This document shows positions 11,401-24,045 of a stretch of DNA of 64,000 nucleotides, piece by piece; positions within the stretch are counted from its first letter, which is position 1, and the number at the start of each line of letters is the position of its first letter. This DNA is from Bilabrum cf. latius (lineage: Eukaryota): NCBI GenBank assembly GCA_965178125.1, contig OZ237751.1:806001-870000 (forward strand), written 5' to 3'. The translations under genes were made by a program, and so were the position numbers. The notes under the pieces were generated by a model. It saw only the letters and a program-made list of their open reading frames with translations. It made no database searches and was not told the origin of the DNA.

Positions 11401-14400
11401 CAACCACGCACTGAGTTGACTAGCGATGACATGCGCGTCTTGGCTACAATGTTCTGCATCCGCAACAGCCGATTCCGAGCTCACAGTGTCTGCTAGTTTT
11501 GTGCCTGCAGAAATTGCCCAGACCCTGGGCTTGGCTTCATCAATCTATCGCATCCATCCGATCCACGCTAAGTCTGGCATGAGCAGCCTATGCGTATCCA
11601 GCACAATACGCCTACCGCTAGGCAGCTGATGGATCTCCACATCGAACGGGAGCTTATGCTGCACGATTCCGTCTGTCATTGATAAGCCAGGTACAGGTCC
11701 GTCTGAAACGTCATACTCGCGGCGATCGTGAGGATCTCCCCGGTCGAAGTATACCGGGCTCAAATTCGCGCCAGTCTCTGCAACAGCGACTGCAATCCGA
11801 AAATCGGCCGACGATTTCTAGCAGGCTTCTTCAAGCTCGTCCACGTCGATCTCCTGTCTCTTGCATTCAGAGAGCCAGTTGTGTGCCGTGCTCCTGGCAG
11901 GAATCTCGTCATCGTAGCAGTGCACCACCACTCGCTTGCATTCCGCCTACCCTATGGGTGCCAGCCAGAAGTGATCCGCCAGTTTATCTACTACGTCTGC
12001 TTCCTGCTCCCTGTCGACGTGTATCGTCACACCACCATCCGATGACCCGTAGCGGAGCGTGGCGTCGCTCACCGGCACACGGGCCTGCACCTGCACACGC
12101 TGCACGCCCCTGCCTCTCCCATCCTTTCGCTCGTACGGCACATCCACCACGGTGGTCAGAACGCCATTGGCGTGGATCGAGTCCATTTCGTGCACCCACC
12201 TGGCTGCCTTCATCTCCAACTTCATGACCTTTGCCGCCATGACATCGCTGCCGTAGATGCTGTCAGACTCGGGTGTCTTGAGGAAGAGGCCGTGCTTGGC
12301 GTGGATGGCCTTGGCACCGCCTGCGATTCCACCAGCATCGTGAAGATGCAGACCATCAGAAACAATGGGAGCTGCTGCAGCTGCGCCACCGGTTACTGCC
12401 GATGCAACTGCATGGCAGCCCTTGGGGTCTTCACGCACGGCGGACCCAAGACCAAGTAGAGCTGGCATGTCATGCGCTGCCTCGATCGAATGCTTGTAAA
12501 ACGTGCGACCTGTGTCTTGCAAGCTCCGTCTACGTGCAGCTTGACCCTCTAGCGTGGGAGCCACGGTTAGTCGAGCCTGAAACAGTAATGCTTGCGGATC
12601 GGAGTTTTCAACCAAAGGCTGACCAGCGCCACCTGCCGCTCCAGATCCATCAAATGGCTCAGAATGTGGTATTGTAACGGCTGAATACCCCGCTGAACGG
12701 TCTGCCGCATATACACTTCTACCACCTCCATTACCATGAGATCGACTGCCTGCATACCCTAGCATGCTGGTCTAGTCTGTCATTGAGGCAGTCGCTGTCG
12801 CTGCATGCCTAGAGCTGGTGCTATCACTGCGTACGTCTTCAACAAGCGCATTATCAGAACGAGTGGGTTCATGTAGTTGCTACACAAGCCCTTCGCTCTA
12901 AGACCGCTGTGCCGCGTCCTACTGCATGCGGCGTATGGCTGCGGTATCGTCCTGTATCAACTATGCGAGTAGTGCGGCACTGGCTGGATCCACGCTGCCC
13001 CTCGCAGCACTCCCGGCGCCTCCTTCACGCGGCACAGCTGGATCTAGTTTACCTCTCTGCATTGTGGTCTAGCCTGGCTACCGTGCAACGACATTGCCTG
13101 AAGCGTTGGTAGGCCCAGTGCCTTGAATACAGTCGCTCGTGCTGAGACTCTCTTGGCCAAGGGCGCTCTATCGCGTGGGTTCACTGAAGCTTGCTGGCAC
13201 TGTGTGACCTGTATTCGATCGACTGCGCATAACTTCATCATACGACGGCAGGGCAATGCTCTGATCGCTTGCTTGGTCGCAGGACCTCGATGTCGTGGCG
13301 GAGTAGGCTCCAGCACCCGCCACTGCCCCAGACGCCTCTGGTCTCATATTTGCTGACACTGCCTGGCCATGCTTACTCGTGGCAGAAACACTATCTCGAT
13401 CCCTAGTCCCTGGAGCTGCCGTCTAGGATGCGGCCACATCGGGCGCGCGTCGATGTGGGGTGGTGAATCGAGCCTCAGCCACCGGCTTGGTTGCTCCCTC
13501 TGCCCCCAGCACAATCAAGATGTGCTCAGCGATGTCTCTAGGGGCCACTGCCCTGGAGCCACTGCTGCCCTCTCCATCCCTGCCAAATGATTTGCTCATT
13601 GTGATACTACGCAGGGCCTCGACAAATCTTCCGTGATTGCGAAAATGCCTCACTGTTTGGGGAAGTTGCTGTGCGATCGTGCTGCTCGCCAGCAGTAGAA
13701 TCTTGCACTCGGCCGTGGAGGCCTAGTCAACGCAACTGACACGGCCTGATGCCAATTCATTGCATACAGCCTCTAAAATGATGACACCTACACGATCTAC
13801 TCCGCTTTCCAGGCTGGCAAGACTCGAAGGCAATTTTATAGTGCACCAAGCTGCAGTGCCCAAGAGCATCGCAGCTGCTAGTCGCAACTTTCTGCTAGCC
13901 TTTTCATTACCTGGCGTACTTGCTAGCAGCGCACTAGCCGAATCAGCAAGTGAGCAAGCGATCACTTCCGAACTGCGGCCAGTCCTGACAGCTGCAGTTG
14001 GTGACGGATCTGTGTGGCTCGCTGCTGGACTGAAAACAGTCGCCCCACAACTGCTAGTAGTAGCTCTTTGAAGTAGACTCCCTTCGACCCGAGCTTCTGA
14101 AAACAGCTTGCGCTTGTCGCACACGCGGGCGACTAGGCAGCTTGACAGCTCGCAAGCAACCCTGCGCGGGCCATGGCCAGCATCACGATCAGCCATGAGA
14201 TTCATACAGGCGCGTAACAGATCGTTGGAATAGGTCTGTAAGGAGGCTGCAGCGCTCGGGATGAGCGAAACAGCTCGAATCATGTCAAGCACGAGGACAA
14301 TCGGACACCGAGCAATCCCAGCGAGTTTCTTGCAAAGCAGATCTATCTATCTACGATGAACCACAGCGGTCAAGTAGAGTGAAGTATGTTGTATAGAATC

Positions 14401-14535
14401 TGATAGGCGGTGTAGGTCTGCGCGATCCTCAGCCGACAGATTCGATGCCCCGACAGCAGAAACGATCTTCGACAGCACAGTGTCCATCGGCGGCACCCGC
14501 CTCTAGAGCAGCGGCTCACGCAACACTAATTCCAT
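8500..14535 (-). CDS. About 2000-aa CLU-domain + TPR protein (clustered-mitochondria/Clu1-like) with Gly/Met/Pro repeat tail
   Basis: Nine listed ORFs from 8542 to 14292 are in one frame and separated only by TAG (about 22). CLU-like motifs: LEMKAARWV, VQARVPVSDATLRYGSSDGGVTIH, DVEIHQLPSGRRIVLDTHRLLMPD. TPR: EMLGPRHQLTSEGLSDLAKAY. Ends TGA 8500-8502. Start 14535 or 14487. Confidence 0.75.
8657..9193 (-). repeat. 42-bp coding tandem repeat, about 13 units, consensus GQRM[AVS]SG[FM]P[MLT]GGMP
   Basis: Repeat is directly visible in the DNA and in ORF 8542..9789. Confidence 0.95.
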
Positions 14536-14674
14536 ATCGTCAACAGGATCTTATGCAAGGAAGAGACACAGTCCCCTTGTACTATAGTATTGAGATACGC
14601 AAGCTAGACAGTCAAGAAACATCGCAGGTTCCGCAAGAGCAGCAGCAGCCACGGCGTGGGCAGAGGCGCCGCGC

Positions 14675-17600
14675 TCATTGCAGAGCCCCAAAATTCAAAG
14701 CTGGCACACGAGATCCAGCAGACCCCCCTCCCTGGTCATTCCCCTGCCCCTCCTCGCCAACATCCCCAACGGCATCGGTAGCAGTGATAGAGTGCTGCTG
14801 GGCCGCGGCAGGCACCGGCGGAGGGTCCACGGCCTCACCAGCGCTCACGATTGCAGCGTCCTGCGTACCACGGTGTGACGAGGACACCTCTACTGCATGC
14901 CCCCCTTCGCTTCCCCTAGACCCCTCTACAGGCACCGTCTGCCCCCTTCCATCCGGAGGCCTCTGAAGCGCGTGCTCGTAGCTGGAGCCGTACTGTCCAA
15001 CCCGCCCGATGGGCACCTCCTCGCTCTCCATCCCGCGACGCGACCCCACTGTGGGGTCACTGTCGTGCGATGCACCTGGGTTATCCCTCCTGAGCGTCGC
15101 TACTCCCCCACCAGTGCCACTCCGCCCAGCTCTTCGGCCCATTCCATTGATGCCATCGGCTGACACCAGGTCACCCACACCGTCCTCCTCGCCGTCCAGA
15201 GGAGAAAGCCTTGCCCCACTCCCACTCCCCAGAATCAGCCCCACGTCGCCTGCCTCCAGATCTTCATTGCTGCTGTGGGCACCCTCCCGGCCCGCCAGCT
15301 CGCCCTCCATGTCCATCTCGCTGCCTCCAGCCACAGCACCGTCATCATCAACCGGCTGCACCCTGGGGGATACATGCCTCGCAGAGCCCACGGAGCCTCC
15401 AGCGCGGCTGCTGGTCTCGTCCATCGAACGCATGCGGCTCTCCTCCCGCGCCCCGTGCCCCCCGGCATCGCCTTGGCTGTGTACCCTGGCGCCACCCCTG
15501 CTCTCGTGCAGACTGCCCCCCTCGGCATCTCGCCTCACCAGCCGATGCCTCCTGGACTGTGGCACGAAGGATGACCCTGGCCTGGACGCGTGCTGCTCGG
15601 GGCGTCGTCCAGCGGCAGCGCCAAGATTTTCGCTTGCTGCTGCAGCGCCAGAGCGAGGAGGATGGCCGGTTCCATCCGCATGCTCGTCGAGCCAATCTGT
15701 GTCAGTGGGAGGCCCGCCTGCAGATCTCGAGAGGCTTCTGCTTGTGCCCTCACTACCACTCGCACTTTCACCAATTGTCCCGGCGGGCCGGTTCAGAGCC
15801 ACTCTCGCCCGCGAGTGCCTCCGCTGAGAGCTAGCCACTCCCGCCCGTCCAGACGCAGTCAAGCCCTGCTGCACACGACGCTCGACTCCGTTATCGCTCG
15901 TGCTAGACGCGGTTCGGGTCCCGGCGCCATCGATGCCGCGGCTCCACCCAGTAGTGGACTTGTCCCGGCGACTGCCACTCATGCCATCCTCCTCCTCAGC
16001 GTCTTCGTCCTCTTCCCCGGGCAGCTCGTCCATCGACCCAGTGGCTGGCGGCAGCCGCACGGTGCCGCGGTCGCCCTGCCAGCGGTCCGTCGATCGTCCG
16101 CGGGACCTAGATGGCCGGCTCACGCCGCCGTCATTCCAGGTCTATCCAGCACTGCTGCTCCCACCCCCTCCTCGTGATCTCAGCCGGCCCGCCCGGCCAG
16201 CAGTCGGCGAGGGGACTGCAGATTGTTGCCCTGCAGGCCCGTCGCCCTCCCCATCCTCCTCCTCATACAGTGCATCCAGACTAGCAGCATAGCTGTGCGC
16301 CCTCACGATGTGCTAGTCATCACTGCTGGCTCCAGCCAAGTTCGACCGAGCGCTGCCCAGTTGTTGGTGCTGTGGCTGCTGCAACTGACGCTGCTTGGCC
16401 CCTTTGGGAGACCCTGCCTGCCTGGCAGACCACGTCGCGGCATGGCGTTCCGCACTGCTAAGAGTCCTCGCCCGATCCCGCGGGCTCAAATCGACGCCCA
16501 GTCCCGCCCCCATTGCACCAGACACGGCATCGCCAGCCTCTGACGCGTCGAGAGAAGCGGCTGGGTTGGGGCCGGGCTCGCCTGCAGTTGGAATGCGACG
16601 GGCGGGTCGCAGCTTGCGTCGCTTGGCCGCGCCTCCTGCAACATCTGGATTTCTGGGAGACCGCGGAGATCTGGGCGACTTCGCATCGTGCTGGCCTTCA
16701 CCGCTGGATCTAGGTGTCCGCACCTCGCTCGACCCAGCACGAGCCACGCGAGATGCGCCCCTGTCTTGCGCATCTACATCGCGGTCTCTGTCACCTGTGA
16801 GGCTGAGCTCAATCCCAACCACGTCATTGCTGACGTCACCATACTAGTCCTGCGTGGCATCGCCCAGGTTATCAGGTAGTGAGTCCATAGATCGTCTGGC
16901 GCTCAACAAGCGATCTCGTCCCCTGGCGTCACCTGCATCCTCGTTCATGTCGCCGCCCTCCAGAGCCGCAGCGAGTCTGATAGGCGGATCGCGTACTTTC
17001 GTTGGCGAACCACCGCGACGCAATGGCGATGGAGTCGGCAGGGGCGCGCTTCCAAAGCCATGAGTCCCACGTTGGTGTAGGTGTCGAGTGGGAGATGACC
17101 CCGAGGCGACAGAGGGATCCACGCTGGCACCCGCGTCATCCTAGGACATGCCGCCCACGCGAAAGTCAGGCGCCGTCGAGTCGCCGTCGCCAACGTCCAT
17201 CGAGGAGAAGCGCCGTCCAGGGTGCAACCGGAAGATCCCACCAGCACTAGCGCTGCCATGAAGCTTGCTGCTGCTATCTTTGCCTGCTCCTTCATCATCC
17301 AGGTCCTGCCCCGCCGAACGGCCTAGTGAGTGTGCACTGGCCTCCTGCCCGTCATGTTCTTGCGCTCTCCTGTCCGGCTGTGACGGGGCCTCAACGTCGA
17401 CCTCACTGTGCCCCACCTCGCCCGAAGGACCCTCGGAGAGCCTGCTGCCGGCATCGTGCGCCGAGCTTGGTATGAGCCTGTTGCGCCTGAACCGTTGCAC
17501 CGCGCGCGGTGGCATGGCCCCTGATGGTGGGCCCAGGAGACCCCTGAGGCCGAGCCCTCGACCGGAGGTGCTTGGGCTGCGGGTCACCTAGCTCGGTCCC

Positions 17601-18769
17601 CTGGGGTCTGGCACGATCCTGATCTGTAGATCACCAGCGCTGGCGGCCCTCGGGACCGGTAGTTGGCCTTCCGTCGGAATTGGGGTAGATGCATCCTGGG
17701 TATTGCTGCCGGGACCCTGGTCTGGTGCTGGTCTGGTCTGGTGGGTGCGTTCCTGCCCCACGCCGCAGCCATCGGGAGCTGCCGCGAGACCAGGTCCAGC
17801 TCGATCACTAGCTGGACCGAGTTGCGTTGGAGCCTCCGATGATGCAACAACGATTGCAACCAGGGGTTGCGGCTCCTCTTCGTCTCTTTTATCTCCTCCT
17901 CCTCTCACTGCAGGGCTTTCAACTTGGTGCTCTGCTTGCGGTTGGGAGGACCGCCGGTTCGCTGCAGCACGGTGACCGCCCGATGCATCCGCACTACTGG
18001 TCGCGAGACTATGTACAGGCAATCGTGGGGTTTCAAAGTCGTCACTGAGGGGTTTGCTGCCCGGAGCCGCGCCTCGACCGACACGGCCTGACTCTGGCGG
18101 GCTACCAGAATTTGCCTCGATCGTTCCAGTTTCAGTCAAAAGCGCTCCAAGTGCTTCTCGCTACATATCAGAGTCATTACTAGCAGATTTGGTTGCTACT
18201 GACTGCTACATAGGAATGGTCCTGGCGCCGATGTTTGCCTCCCGCTCAATTGGAATAGTTGCAGATTGTCCTGGCGGCGCCATGTCAAGCAGATCCTCAC
18301 CAGCTGGTGGGGGAGGCAGCTCATCCAAACTTGAGTACTCGCTTACCATGGAACCGTCTATCCTTCCGTCGGCGCCGCTTCCTTCGCGTGCACTTCGCCG
18401 TGCCAGCATGTGCCGCCTCGCGTGGTGCTCGGTACCTTGCACAGGTTCGTCATGCTACTGCCTGTCGGTTTGCTAGGGAGTTGCGTTGGATTTGGCGCAT
18501 AGGAATGCCACGAAAATTGCTGCTGCCAGACAAATGAGGATCACTGCTAGAGTGTGATCGAAACCGACAAATCTATTGACTCCAATTGTTGAGCGAACAG
18601 GATCTACAGCGCATTCCCCCAGGTCATCAGTGGCAACACCTTGACAATTTTCGCCATCAGCAAGAGCGCCATAGACTGGCATGGCCAGCTGGTTCCGCCA
18701 GTCGTATCTGATCGCTAAAGCAACTGGTGGACGGCGCCGCGCCGAACCGAATCCTGCATGCGGAACCAT
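14675..18769 (-). CDS. Large single-pass membrane protein with long disordered Ser/Arg/Gly-rich tail, function unknown
   Basis: Seven ORFs in one frame joined by 9 TAGs. Hydrophobic segment LAVILICLAAAIFVAFLC near the N-terminus. Ends TGA. Start 18769 or 18682. Confidence 0.7.
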
Positions 18770-18880
18770 TTTTCCAGCTCAACTGCAGACAATTGGTCGC
18801 CGCAACAAGAAAACAAGATTCGGGATCAGAATAGAAATACGGCATACGATTTGGCTGGACAGTATTCTGTCTTCAATATA

Positions 18881-20659
18881 ATGGTGCGCGATATTTCCTC
18901 ATAGAATAACGGAGCCTGCACTGACTTTACGGAAGCAGTCATACGAAGCAACAAGCTATGCCCTGGAATCCTGAGTTACTCAACTGCACCGTCCCATTTT
19001 TCGTTGGGTGGCGTTAGTATTGTTTGGATTGCAATGTCGTGTGTGGAGGCGGTACTGCAGATTTGTCTGGGTGTTGCTGTGATCGCTTTCCCCGGAGACA
19101 GCGATCCTTCTTCAACGGCAATCTATGCTGGGCTCAGCATCCTAGCATCAATAATGGTTGTGTATTTCTCAACGGATTCTGTTATGGGCGAGAATTGGTT
19201 CTAGCTTGTCGCGACTCTTGTCGCTAATGCGGCGGCCACTGCGTTTGTCCTGTTCTAGTTTGTGGCAACCTTGCCGCAGGACCACGCTCACGATTTCGGC
19301 CCAATCTGGTACCAGTTGAGGTATTCCGTGGTCAGCATTAAGTCTTTGTTTTTCTTGGGCTACTGCGGCATGGTGTACTTCGTGTACACTTCGTTTGCGT
19401 ACCTGGCCTACCACGCGATTGGCTCAACTCCAGAGGCGCAGAGAGCGTACTTTGCGATGCTAGGCTTCACCGCGCTCCTTCGAATTGATCTATGCCTCTT
19501 CTTTTTGCTGCTGATTTGCCAGGGATTCTTTCTGCTAAATGTCCAAACGCTCGAATTTGGGCTCGGGTGCGCCGCTTTCGCGGTGTCGTGCGTTGTGGCC
19601 TTTACAGGCTGGCTCGCAGTCACGAACGAGCGTCTGGTCGAGACGATCGTCTTCATGATTGTTTCTCTGTTCGTGCCGGCATATGTGGGGTGGTCCCTCT
19701 GGAACGTCTGGACGCACCCTCAGCAGCTGCCACCGACAGTCTCTTTCAGCCTCTTCGGCTCCTTTGGGGGCCTGTTCGTGGCAGCAAGGGTCGCCATGCT
19801 CTGGCAGGCGGCTGTGTGCACGCGCGACTTCAACAAGGGCATCTTCAAGATGCTATGGGCGGACTTTGAACGCAGCCGAAGGAGCCAGCAGGCTGCGTCA
19901 TCGAGGTCGCCCTTCCTCGGTGCGAGCGATCGCGTGCACCACCACCACGGCGGCGGCGGCGGCGGCAGGACGATGCACGGGCAGGCGGGCCAGTACGGAG
20001 GCCGATAGACGGGCCAAGGCTACGGCGGGCAGTTCCTGCAGTACGACGGGGCCATGGGTGGGCGCAGCTGGGAGAGAGAAGTGGCGGGGGGTCGCGTGGC
20101 GGGGTATTCTGCTGAGGCGGATGGGCCGGGAGCCAGGAGGGCAGGAGGAGGAGGAGGCAGAGGAGGACACCAGCCGTTATTGCGGGGAGGGGTGGGGCGG
20201 GGTGTGAGGATCCCAGGGGTGGCTGTCTCACGGGGCCGAATGGTGGGCAGCGGGGGAGGCTCTGGCGCCGCCGCACCCGGGCCATCGGGGCAGGCTGGCG
20301 GGCTGCGGTCGATTGGGTCGTCGCGAGAAACCCCAGCGCCCAGGGGTCTCAAGGAGATTGGCTCTGTGGGCAGCCAGGGCCGCAAGCCAGGCCGCTTGCG
20401 GAGGATGGGCGAGTCGAGAGCGAGCCGTGGGGGAAGCGGGACAGAGGGCATGGAGACGGCCACATCGGCCGCATCAGACAGCACCAGGGGGCCGCGGGCG
20501 GCGCTTGCTGCAAGGAGTCACGAGCATGCGTATGGCGAGTCCCCCGAATCGCCGGCTGGGACCACCGGTCAGGGGGGGAGGGCCTCGGGGTCGGCAGAGC
20601 AGGGCATCTCCTTGAAGGCGCCGACATCTGGCGGCTAGAGCCTTCAATCCGGATCCTGA
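18881..20659 (+). CDS. Multi-pass membrane protein (possibly UPF0658-like) with low-complexity C-tail
   Basis: ATG 18881 is in frame with ORFs 19004, 19262 and 20054; 5 TAGs; several hydrophobic helices; internally repeated SVMGENWF*L / AVTNERLVET motif. Ends TGA 20657-20659. Family call is tentative. Confidence 0.65.
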
Positions 20660-20941
20660 TGGTGTTTATTTCGGTGACTTGCGGAGGTCTTGGCGTCCAG
20701 GTATGTTGTTGAGTTTCGCTAGACAGTTGCTTGCTTATACTTTCATTCAGACGAGTGCCTTGGAACCGGAATAGCACCAGCTCCAAGAGACTGCAGGACT
20801 CTGCGGTCCAAACTTTAGCGATCCGAGTGGGATCATCCGATCCGGATTCCGGATCCTACCGAACGAGGTCCGGACATCGGCTTCTGGGATGTCATCCCCA
20901 GAAGGAGCTCCGGCAAGTGCCGCCTGCGGCCGCTTCGGAGG

Positions 20942-21093
20942 TTCACACCGCCTGCGCAGCCGCGGCGCCAGACTCCTTGCTGCTAGCCGAAGCCTTGGCG
21001 CTGTCCTTGTCGGGGACTTCACACCGCCTGCGCAGCCGCGGCGCCAGACTCCTTGCTGCTAGCCGAAGCCTTGGCGCTGTCCTTGTCGGGGAC
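20942..21093. repeat. Perfect 76-bp tandem duplication (20942-21017 = 21018-21093) of the protease gene 3' end
   Basis: TTCACACCGCCTGCGCAGCC...CCTTGTCGGGGAC occurs twice, head to tail. Confidence 0.95.
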
Positions 21094-24045
21094 ACCCGCC
21101 CCCTTCCCAGCGGCAGCCACCGAGTCGAACTCGCCCTTGTCCGCCTTGCCCTGCGCGCTGGAAGCTCCTGACCGCCTCCTGACCAGCCAGACGCCGACGA
21201 CGGCGCCCAAAATCACCACGAGCCCCGCCAGAGACCCGTAGGCGATCGCGGGATCCACCTGGTTACGATCGTCAGAGCCACCGCTGTCGGGCTGCTCCGG
21301 AGGAGGCAGGGAGCCGCTGAACGTGCCGCTCGTGGCGGGAACTGTCGCCGTCGCCCCCGCAAACACGGCCTGATTCTCCACGGCGAGCTCGGTCACCAGG
21401 GTGCCAGTGCTCACGCTCGTCACCAGCGCGGTCGCCATCTGCTGCGCCTCCTCCGCGCTGTCGGCTGCCACGGCCACGGTAACCTCTTGCGTGCCCAGGC
21501 CTTGCAGGCGGCGGCGGCTGGCTCCAGCGGCGCCCGGCACCTTGACGGCCACCCGGTGGGCCTCCACGTCCAGCACCCTGGCGCACGCCGCCTGCATGTC
21601 AGGAGCGGAGTCGCAGGTCAGGGGGTCTCCCAGCCCGGCGAGGCTCACACGGGCGCCCGCCACAGAGGGGTAGTCGCCCGAGGCGTGCGAGTCGGCGGTG
21701 CCCGGGCAATAGTCCTGGGCCAGCTCCTCAAGCTCGATGGCGACTGGTGCCATCGACGTGCTGGGGCTGGGGGAAGCGCCAGACGACGGGCTTGTCGAAG
21801 GTGAAGCGGCGGCGGGAGACTGCGCCGGTGCCTCCGAAGGCGACTCGTCTGGGCCTGTTCCGCCTTCCTAGGCAGCCGCAGGCGAAGAGGACGGGGACGG
21901 GGACGGGGACGGCGACGCTGGGATCTTGCCGCCTCCATCACCGGGCAGCTCTGTGTCGCTCGATGGGGATGGGAGAGATGCTGCCGGTGTAGTGCTGGGT
22001 GTAGTGCTCGGTGAGGGCGACGGAATGGTGCCAGCCTGGCCGCACAGCACCTCTGGCTCAGTGCACGTGATGCTTCCGGTCATGCCAGTCACGGTCTTGG
22101 TGTCCCCTCCCTCTCCCTTGGCGCACGACACCTCGCCCTGCACCCCCGTCCCGTCGTCGTTCATGACCTTGACCTTGAGCACGGGGTTGTTCACGTCGGT
22201 GCGGTCGCACTCGTAGCGGTAGCAGCCCGCGGGGCTGGTGGCAAAGTGTTTGTCGTGCCTCAGCGAGGTCACGAAGCACGCGGACTCGTGCTGCTTGCCG
22301 AAGTAGGCTCCGATCTCCTCCCACACGCCAGACCGCAGGGCGTCGTTGCTCGGCCCCCTGTTGCAAAAGTCGCGGTATTCGATGTGGGGTGCGAAGTCCA
22401 TCGTTGTGACGGTACCCTTCACAGTGTTGTCCTGGAAATAGCGGTACTGGTCGGAGACTGCAGTATCGCTGGTGGAGAATCGACACCGGCCAACTGCACG
22501 GAGGTCGGGCGTGCACAGCTTCCTGCCGTCATTCACTGCGCAATAGAACTGCTCGTTGTTCCGGTAGGTTGAAGATGTCCGCACTACCTGCAGATTTTCG
22601 TACGGCTTGGCTGGATCGGCGGGGTAGATCGGCCGCTTGAGGTGCAAGTCGCAGCCCGCGAGGTGGCCCCACTCCCTGCCAGGGTTAAACTCCAGCCTGT
22701 CGTAGTGCACCTGGTACCAGCCGCTGGCCTCGAACACTGCGAGGGTGTACGGCGTTATGAACTTGACTCCCATAGAGATGGGCGACATGACGTCTGCATT
22801 CGTGGACCGCTGCTCCCAGTGGGAGGAAATGAAGCCGGCCGACGTGGCCTGATTTTCCAGCTCGGGCCCGTTGATGAGGTTGCAGCCGAAATAGTCCCTG
22901 GCCTTTTCTTTGATGGCCGGCAGTACAAAGCGCTGGGTGCACTTCTCCTTGCCGATCCGCCCCGCGTCCTCGATGCTGTTGCAGCCCGACTGGCCCCTCT
23001 CCGACGAGAACTCAATCATGCTGGTGGGGAACTTGAGCTGATCGTCAAAATTCTTGTCCATGAAGGTTTCCCGATCCCCCCGGATGTCAGTCGGGAACAG
23101 GGGCTCAAGTGAAGCAGGGTCGCGGAACAGCTCAAACGAGTCGGATGCGAAAACCAGCGCGTGTATCCTGCGAAAAGGAGTGGGCATGCAATGGGCAACA
23201 AACATGACTTGCAGCAGGTGACAGCAGTGGTGGGTAGGCTCGAGAACACTCCCGAGATGGGCGGCTCCAGTAGCTTGAAAGGGGTGCTTTTGGCTCTCTT
23301 ACGCTTCGTGCACAGCAGTCATGACCAGATCATCGATCCGGTCCTCGCTAGTGGAGAAGCTACCGGGGCACTGGTTGTAGCGGCCTGCGATGGGACGATC
23401 AATGTCGTCACGCATACAGGTTGAGGCATACGCCTTGCCGCTGCCGAGGCACAGACCGACGTTCTGAGAGACGACAACAAGCAGGAAATCCGCGTCTTTG
23501 ATGCCCGGTCCGCCCTTGAATGTCTCCATCTCCCTGCCGTTGTAGATCTGCCCGTCTCCCTTGAAGGACTCAGGGATGGTGACCCCACCGCACGTCGCGT
23601 TCCCTGACGCGAACTGGGAGCACACGAACCTCCCATTGAACGCTCGCTGGCTCGTGCACGTCTGCGGCAGGTACAGGGCAGAATCGTCGGTCCGCTGGCG
23701 AACCATGATTAGATTCTCGAGGATATCAACAGCTGGCTGCATGATCCTCGTCTTGAAGTGCTCCTGCTCCGCTGCCGAGAGGGCTGCTACGTCATCGAAG
23801 TAGAGTTGAATCCGAAGCGGGCGCCACTGCTGGGCCTAAAGTGATCTCGCGTCTCGCGGGTGGGGAGGATGTCTGTTTGGATCTAAGTTCTTGTAAACAT
23901 CCGGGTGGAGTCCGCGCGCTCTACGCTCAGCTCGCTGCTACGCCGCATCGTCATCGTGGCGGCACGCTCCACCATCCGCGTGTTGATGAGCTAATGCGCA
24001 AGCATGGAGCGCTGCTAGCGCTACAACTGCGCTTAAAATTTTCAT
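21019..24045 (-). CDS. Leishmanolysin/GP63-like M8 zinc metalloprotease, type I membrane protein; intron 23168-23302
   Basis: Signal peptide MKILSAVVALAALHACALA, CRHD pro-peptide, WRPLRIQ, DRPIAG. Splicing restores HEAIHALVF (HExxH). Also ELEN..SHWEQR, ADVMSP Met-turn, Cys-rich domain, Ser/Pro stalk and TM helix. 3 TAGs; ends TGA. Confidence 0.92.
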
